A stretch of DNA of 64,000 nucleotides. It comes from a bacterium. GTDB taxonomy: Bacteria; RBG-13-61-14; DATKZS01. Numbering within the stretch: the stretch's first letter is position 1; every line of letters starts with the position of its first letter. Below are positions 58,492-64,000 of this stretch, in pieces. Both the position numbers and the translations under genes were made by a program. The notes beneath the pieces were generated by a model. That model had not been told where the DNA came from. It made no database searches and saw only the letters and a list, made by a program, of their open reading frames with translations. Location: assembly GCA_963674965.2 (NCBI GenBank), contig CAXXFL010000001.1, positions 1,550,739-1,614,738 of the forward strand, written 5' to 3'.

Positions 58492-59437
58492 TCTCGAAAG
58501 GGTCTTTAACGAGGGCAAGTTCGCCGTAACCGGCGAGCTGGGACCGAAGCGGGGCGTTGACGTCGAGCATCTTCTCAAGATGGCCGAGATGATGAAGCCC
58601 TTTTGCGACGCCTTCAACATCACCGACAACCAGACGGCCGTGGTGCGGCAGTCGTCCATTGGAACGGGCATCCTCATCAAGAGCAAACTCGACATGGACC
58701 CCGTCGTCCAGATCGTGTCCCGCGACAGGAACCGGCTGGCCATCCAGGCCGACGTGCTGGGCGCCGCGGCCCACGGCCTGGGCAACGTGCTCTGCCTTTC
58801 CGGTGATCACCAGACCCTGGGCAACCATCCCGGCGCCAAGAACGTGCACGACATCGACTCGATCCAGATGCTGGCCGGGCTCAAGGGGATGACGGAGGGC
58901 AAGTTCATGAACGGCGACGACATCGAGGGCGAGCCGCCTCACCTCTTCCTCGGGGCCGCCATCAACCCCTTCGGGCACCCCATGGAATTCAGGGTGACCA
59001 GGCTGGCCAAGAAGGCGGCCGCCGGCGCCCAGTTCGTGCAGAGCCAGCCGGTCTTCGCCATGGACGTCTTCAAAAAGTACATGGCCGACGTGGTCAACAG
59101 GGGAATAAACGAGAAGTGCCACGTCATGGCGGGCATCATCCCCATGAAGAGCATCATGATGGGCAAGTACATGCGGGACAAGGTCGCCGGAGTCATGGTC
59201 CCCGACGAAAAAATCGAGAGGCTGCAAAAGGCCGCCGACCAGTTCACCGAGAAGGCCGACCGAATCAAGGCGGTCAGGGAAGAGGCGGTGAAGATATCGG
59301 TCGAGGAGATCAGGCAGTGCATCGAGATACCCGGCGTTCACGGCGTGCACATCATGGCCGTGGCCTGGGAGGAGATCATCCCCGAGATAGTCAAGCGGGC
59401 CGAGCTGGACAAGTCCAGGCCCGACTACAAGAAATAA
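58475..59437 (+). CDS. metF: Methylenetetrahydrofolate reductase MetF (MetV-associated type)
   Basis: FAVTGELGP, NITDNQTAVVR, RDRNRLAIQAD.LGA, LCLSGDH, KKAAAGAQF.QSQ, GVHGVHIMA. Confidence 0.93.
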   Translation: MAEQTNLERVFNEGKFAVTGELGPKRGVDVEHLLKMAEMMKPFCDAFNITDNQTAVVRQSSIGTGILIKSKLDMDPVVQIVSRDRNRLAIQADVLGAAAHGLGNVLCLSGDHQTLGNHPGAKNVHDIDSIQMLAGLKGMTEGKFMNGDDIEGEPPHLFLGAAINPFGHPMEFRVTRLAKKAAAGAQFVQSQPVFAMDVFKKYMADVVNRGINEKCHVMAGIIPMKSIMMGKYMRDKVAGVMVPDEKIERLQKAADQFTEKADRIKAVREEAVKISVEEIRQCIEIPGVHGVHIMAVAWEEIIPEIVKRAELDKSRPDYKK

Positions 59438-59457
59438 TATTATCCGGTATTGACTCG

Positions 59458-59492
59458 AACGCGCCGTCCTTTTTTCGGGCGGCGCGTTTTTT
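59458..59492 (+). terminator. Rho-independent terminator after metF
   Basis: AACGCGCCGTCC-loop-GGGCGGCGCGTT followed by TTTT. Confidence 0.8.
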
Positions 59493-59519
59493 CGATGGAT
59501 ATGCGGACGCCCGCGCGGG

Positions 59520-59897
59520 TCATGGAATGCCCAAGAGGCTTTTGGCCGTGTCCAGCACGTGTCCGGCCTGGATGGGCTTGGTGATATAGGCGTCGGCCCC
59601 GAGGGTGAGCGCCCTCTCCCTGTCCTCGGCCGCTCCCTCGGTGGTGATGATCATGATGGGAATATTCCTGTAGCTCACGTCGCGTCTCACGATGCCGATC
59701 AGCTTCAGGCCGTCCATGACGGGCATGTTGATGTCGGTTATGATAAGGTCGAAGGAGTCGGAGTTGATTTTTTTCAGTCCCTCCACTCCGTCCCCCGCCT
59801 CGACGATTTCCGCCCCAGGCAGCCTTTTGAGAGCGAACGCTATTAGTTGACGCATTGTGGGGGAATCCTCAACCACGAGAATTTTTACCGGGGCCAT
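59520..59897 (-). CDS. Single-domain CheY-like response regulator
   Basis: ILVVEDS, IITDINMPVMDG, IITTEG, YITKP. Confidence 0.93.
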   Translation of the reverse strand: MAPVKILVVEDSPTMRQLIAFALKRLPGAEIVEAGDGVEGLKKINSDSFDLIITDINMPVMDGLKLIGIVRRDVSYRNIPIMIITTEGAAEDRERALTLGADAYITKPIQAGHVLDTAKSLLGIP

Positions 59898-59920
59898 TTC
59901 AATATTTACCTCACCGCCTG

Positions 59921-60796
59921 TTATTTCGTGGACTTCAACATCTCCATGAAGCCCTCGATCGTCTCAAGCTTGCGCCTGGCGTCGGAGTAGAGCTTGGTGG
60001 AGAAGATGGCCGTCGCCGCGTGTCCGGCCAAAAGCGTGAAAAGCTCGTAATCGACGTGAGCGAATTGAGTCTTCTGGGGTAAAAGCTTGTAAAGAACGAT
60101 CACGCCGATCACGCTTTCCTTGATTTTCAGGGGTATGCAGACCAGGGGATTTCCGGGAGGCCGCTTCTGGTTGATGAGCGCCGTCTCGATGCTGGGATCG
60201 AAGTAATTCTCCCCGCTTTTAAAGGTCTTGCCGATAATGCCTTCCCCGACTCGAACGTCCCCCACCTCCTCCTTGGACATGCCCTCCATGGCGACCGTTT
60301 TCAAAGTGTAGGTCTTTTCGTCCAGGAGCATGATCCCGAAGTCCTCGGCCCCGATGAGGTTGATGACGATCTCCATGATGATCTGGATGACCTCGTCGAA
60401 GTCGAGGGTCGAGTGAAGCTGGAAGGAGCAGACGTACAAGTTGGTAAGGTTGTTGTTTTCCTCCTCGATCTCGACGTAGCGGGCGGCGTAGGTCTTGTTG
60501 TTTTCCTCGACGCCCTGGTACTCCGAGAGGAGACGGTTTTTTTCAAGCTCGAGCTCGGTTATCTGACGCTTGAGCACCTCGGCCCGGCCTCCCCGCCCGG
60601 TGGCCGCGAAAAGGCTCCGGTTCTCCTCCTGAAGCTGGACCATCCGGTAGCGAAGCTTCTCGTTCTCCTCCATCAACTCCTTGATGAAGGACATGGACCT
60701 GTCCATGAGCTGGAGGATTTCCTCGGGACGCGGGAAGTCCCTCGGGTCCATTTTAGGGTCCGGCTTGTCGCCGCGCCGTATGTCGTCGTCATTCAC
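59921..60796 (-). CDS. Coiled-coil + GAF domain protein of the chemosensory cluster
   Basis: N-terminal heptad region, EEENNNLTNLYVCSFQLHSTLDF, GEGIIG, CIPLKI...IGVI, DYELFTLLAGHAATAI. Confidence 0.85.
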   Translation of the reverse strand: MNDDDIRRGDKPDPKMDPRDFPRPEEILQLMDRSMSFIKELMEENEKLRYRMVQLQEENRSLFAATGRGGRAEVLKRQITELELEKNRLLSEYQGVEENNKTYAARYVEIEEENNNLTNLYVCSFQLHSTLDFDEVIQIIMEIVINLIGAEDFGIMLLDEKTYTLKTVAMEGMSKEEVGDVRVGEGIIGKTFKSGENYFDPSIETALINQKRPPGNPLVCIPLKIKESVIGVIVLYKLLPQKTQFAHVDYELFTLLAGHAATAIFSTKLYSDARRKLETIEGFMEMLKSTK

Positions 60797-60811
60797 GGTG
60801 TTTTCTCCCGC

Positions 60812-61879
60812 CTACCTCGAGCGGCATCTGGACATGATGGCGGCCGGGATGTCCTCAAGGTTAAGTATCTCGTCCACCATTTTCGTGTTGATAACTTCCC
60901 GGGGCATGCCGAAGACGATCGAGGTCTTTTCCGACTCGGCAATGATGGACCCGCCCGCTTCCTTGATGATTTTAGCGCCGTCCGAGCCGTCATTGCCCAT
61001 ACCCGTTAATACCACGGCCAGGCACCTTTCTGCAAACGTCTCCGCCGCCGAGCCGAACATGGCGTTGACGGAGGGAACGTACTTGTCCTCCTCGCTCTTC
61101 TCGACCACCGCCGCCACCGCCCTGTCGCCCTTCTTACGCGCCAGGAGGTTCATGCCGCCGGGGGCCACCAAAACCGTGCCTATCTCGATGGGGTCCCCGT
61201 CCTCCGCCTCCTTGACCCGAAGGTTCGAGTTCTTGTCCAGGCGCTCGGAAAAGGCCCTCGTAAAGCCCTGGGGCATATGCTGACTGATAAGCACCGCCGC
61301 GTCAAGCTTCTGGGGCAAGGAACCCAGGACCGACTGGATGGCCGACGGCCCGCCGGTGGAGGCCCCGATCACCACCACGTCGGCCTTGGGTTTTCCCTCT
61401 TCGCGGACGGCCCCGGCGGCCATCCTCGAGGTGGGGGCGGTGAGAGCGCTGATCCTTCTTTGCACGTTCCGGAACTTGAGTTCCCTCACCACCTTGAGCT
61501 TGGAGGCCAACTCCATTTGCAGGGTCTCGGGCGATCTCAGATGGTTGCTGGGCTTGGCCAGGAAGTCGATGGCGCCCAGCTCGAGGGCCTTGAACACGTT
61601 TTTGTTCTCGCTCCGGGAGGAAATGACCAGCACCGGAGTGGGAAGGCTTTTCATGATAATCCGGAGAAAGGTAAAGCCGTCCATCCTGGGCATCTCCAGG
61701 TCGAGGGTGATAAGGTCGGGCTTGGAGTCGAAGGCCTTTTTGATGCCCTCCTCACCGTCGCGAGCCACGCCCACGACCTTGCCCAATCCCGAGTTGTCCA
61801 CGATCTCGGATATGGTCCTCCTGTTGAAGGCCGAGTCGTCAACCACGAGCACCCGTATCAAATGGTCACTCACGGCCAC
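60812..61879 (-). CDS. cheB: Chemotaxis response regulator protein-glutamate methylesterase
   Basis: REC domain (VVDDS, TLDLEMP), IGASTGGP, QHMP, PSVNAMF, VLTGMGNDG, FGMP. Confidence 0.95.
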   Translation of the reverse strand: MAVSDHLIRVLVVDDSAFNRRTISEIVDNSGLGKVVGVARDGEEGIKKAFDSKPDLITLDLEMPRMDGFTFLRIIMKSLPTPVLVISSRSENKNVFKALELGAIDFLAKPSNHLRSPETLQMELASKLKVVRELKFRNVQRRISALTAPTSRMAAGAVREEGKPKADVVVIGASTGGPSAIQSVLGSLPQKLDAAVLISQHMPQGFTRAFSERLDKNSNLRVKEAEDGDPIEIGTVLVAPGGMNLLARKKGDRAVAAVVEKSEEDKYVPSVNAMFGSAAETFAERCLAVVLTGMGNDGSDGAKIIKEAGGSIIAESEKTSIVFGMPREVINTKMVDEILNLEDIPAAIMSRCRSR

Positions 61880-63797
61880 GCCTCCTGATCGGCTTGCGAT
61901 AGACGAGGTCGTTCTTTAAATGAACGAGCTCGAACTGGGTCGAGATGCTCATAAGCGACTCCGAATGCCCCAAAAGAAGATACCCCCCCGGATTGAGAAG
62001 CTGGTAGAACTGATCCACCACTTGTTTTTTCGCCTCCTGGTTGAAGTAAATGATCACGTTGCGGCAGAAGATTACGTCTATGTTTTTCAGCCTCGGGTTG
62101 TCCTTGGCCTCCAGGATGTTGGTGGTGTCGAAGCTCACCATTTTCCTGATTTGGTCGATAAGCCTGAACCGGTTGTTCTCCTGAACGAAGTAAGTCGATT
62201 TATAGTAGTCGGTCGTCGCGCGGAAACTGGAGAGCCCGTATTCCGCCTTCCTCGCCTGGGCGACAATCTGGTCGTTGATGTCGGAGCCGACCACGTCGAA
62301 CTTGAAATGCTCGGTCCCCGGCGTTTCCTGGATAAGGATGGCGATGGTATAGGGCTCCTCGCCGGAGGAGCAGCCGGCGCTCCATACCCTGATCCGATCG
62401 TCGCGGGACTTTCTCTTCTGCTCCATCAAAGCGGGAAGTATTTCCTGGTGGAAAGCCCTGAGTTGAAAGTCCTCGCGGAAAAAGTAGGTCTCGTTGGTGG
62501 AAAGGGAGTTGATCAGCCGCCTTCTTTCCGTCTGGCCCCGCTCGTCGCGGCCCTCCACCAGGCGGACGTACTCCTCGTACGAGTCCAGACCCACGTCCTC
62601 CATTCGGCGCTGGACCCTGCGCTCGAGAAGGTACTTAAGGTCATGCTCGTAATGGAGGCCGCTGACCCGCGTAACCAAGTCCCTGACCTTCTCGAAATGC
62701 GCCATCGACATGGGGCCAAGCACCTTGGGCGGGGGACGGGGGTCCCGGATGGACTTGAAGAACTCCTTGCCGAGAACGGGCTTTTTCTCCTTCTCCACCT
62801 TGTCCACCACGGAGGGCGCGATCTTGTTGATGCGGGAGATGGCGTCGTCAACGTCAGCCTGGACGCTGTCGTCGCTCGAGAACTTGAGCAGTATGTCAAG
62901 GGCCGAGGGCGATCCTATCATGGAAAGCAGCTTGATGGCCGCCAGCTTGTACTCCCGGTTGTCGGCGTCGATGAACTCTCCAAAGTAATCGATGTTTTCA
63001 TCGGCCAGGGCATCCTTGACCTTTTGCTCGACGAAGTCTCCAAGGCCGGGCTCCCGGGCCAGGATGTAAAGGGACCGAACCGCCGCCTGGCGGGCGCTCT
63101 TGGTCGACTCCCTTATACCATCGACGATGAGCTCGACCGCCTCCTTGCTGCGGGTGCGGCCAAGGGCGTCGTAGATGGCCCGCCGCAGGATTTTCTTGTC
63201 CAGGAGCGGCCTCAACCCGTCCACTGGAATGGGCTTGCCAATCTTGCCCAGCGAGTGAAGCAGGCTGAATTGAAGAGACAAGTCGCCGGTGGGCAAAAGA
63301 TCGAGGATCAGGTCGAATGCCTTGTCGCCTCCGATGGCGCCGAGGGCCTCGACCGCGGCCAGCCGGATATTGTCGGAGGAGTGCCTGACCAGGGGGGCCA
63401 GAGAATCGACCGCCGCCGGGTCGCCGATGTCTCCCAATATATCGACGATGAACTTCCGGACGTCCAGGTCGGGATGGTTGACGTTGGCCAAGAGGTAGGG
63501 AACCGCGTCCTGGGCCATGGCCGCGAGACCCTCCATGGCCGCCGTCCGGCGTCCCGCGTTCTCCTCGTCTCCCAGGGCCTTGATGAAGACGCCCGCGGCC
63601 GTTTCCCGGTCCGGGTGCTCCCGAATTACCTCGACGGCCGCCTTGCGCACGCGCCAGTTGTCGTCTCCCAGCGCGTTCTCCACCAGGGGCAGGGCCCACG
63701 GCTCGACCGTCTCCCTGAGCGAGGCGACCGCGGACCTTCTGACCTCCTCGTCCGGGCTTATAAGCGCCGCCTTTAAGTTGTCAAAACCGATCGTCAA
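61866..63797 (-). CDS. cheR: HEAT-repeat domain fused to CheR methyltransferase
   Basis: ~340 aa of HEAT/PBS repeats (DEEVRRSAV, DNWRVRKAAV, DLDVRKFIVDILG) then TNETYFFRE, WSAGCSSGEEPYTIA, DVIFCRNVIIYF, LNPGGYLLLGHSESL. Confidence 0.92.
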   Translation of the reverse strand: MTIGFDNLKAALISPDEEVRRSAVASLRETVEPWALPLVENALGDDNWRVRKAAVEVIREHPDRETAAGVFIKALGDEENAGRRTAAMEGLAAMAQDAVPYLLANVNHPDLDVRKFIVDILGDIGDPAAVDSLAPLVRHSSDNIRLAAVEALGAIGGDKAFDLILDLLPTGDLSLQFSLLHSLGKIGKPIPVDGLRPLLDKKILRRAIYDALGRTRSKEAVELIVDGIRESTKSARQAAVRSLYILAREPGLGDFVEQKVKDALADENIDYFGEFIDADNREYKLAAIKLLSMIGSPSALDILLKFSSDDSVQADVDDAISRINKIAPSVVDKVEKEKKPVLGKEFFKSIRDPRPPPKVLGPMSMAHFEKVRDLVTRVSGLHYEHDLKYLLERRVQRRMEDVGLDSYEEYVRLVEGRDERGQTERRRLINSLSTNETYFFREDFQLRAFHQEILPALMEQKRKSRDDRIRVWSAGCSSGEEPYTIAILIQETPGTEHFKFDVVGSDINDQIVAQARKAEYGLSSFRATTDYYKSTYFVQENNRFRLIDQIRKMVSFDTTNILEAKDNPRLKNIDVIFCRNVIIYFNQEAKKQVVDQFYQLLNPGGYLLLGHSESLMSISTQFELVHLKNDLVYRKPIRRRGRE

Positions 63798-63812
63798 CCT
63801 GAGCGTTCTCCC

Positions 63813-64000
63813 TTAAGCCAAGCCCAGCTTTTGCTTTTTCTTCCGGATAAGGTTTTCCATGGCCTCTTTGAAGTAGTCCCTTTGGGACCTGATTTCCTCG
63901 GAAACCCTCGAGTTGTAATGCTTGAGTCCGTCACCTATGTCCTTGGCCAGGAGGTCGTAAAGGTTTCCTTCCTTGACCCCCCGGTCCACCAGGTCGGTGT
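63813..64000 (-). CDS. C-terminal part of an uncharacterised protein of the chemosensory operon (runs off window end)
   Basis: Open frame ...TDLVDRGVKEGNLYDLLAKDIGDGLKHYNSRVSEEIRSQRDYFKEAMENLIRKKKQKLGLA*, stop 16 nt before the cheR start. Confidence 0.65.
   Translation of the reverse strand, partial: TDLVDRGVKEGNLYDLLAKDIGDGLKHYNSRVSEEIRSQRDYFKEAMENLIRKKKQKLGLA

Overview
GC-rich bacterial window with a gene content that looks deltaproteobacterial (Myxococcota/Desulfobacterota-like, probably anaerobic; this is inference). Much of it is housekeeping: purM, lnt-ybeY-HD-phoH, pgsA, pyrF, queE, rplM-rpsI, Ktr/Trk K+ uptake, an SbcCD-like pair and part of a chemosensory cluster. The standout is an ~9.8 kb redox operon (49647-59437): hdrC, hdrB, [HdrA N-terminus fused to NuoE], HydB/NuoF, [NuoG-like FeS fused to the rest of a two-FAD HdrA], mvhD with an in-frame UGA and SECIS-like hairpin, metV, metF. 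It reads as an HdrABC-MvhD-MetVF methylene-THF reductase complex whose HdrA is split by an embedded NuoEFG/HydABC-type NAD(H) module. Other points: an intact 1764-bp IS with IRs and a 6-bp TSD; an IS200-type TnpA surrounded by REP-like multi-hairpin repeats with compensatory changes; a lidless Hsp70 with a ~100-aa acidic insert next to a J-domain/TPR partner; a HEAT-CheR fusion; an orphan double-cubane-type protein; a pair of unknown paralogous exported proteins; and a MazF relic. No tRNA, rRNA or CRISPR array was recognised. All family calls come from motif recognition by eye, not from database searches.
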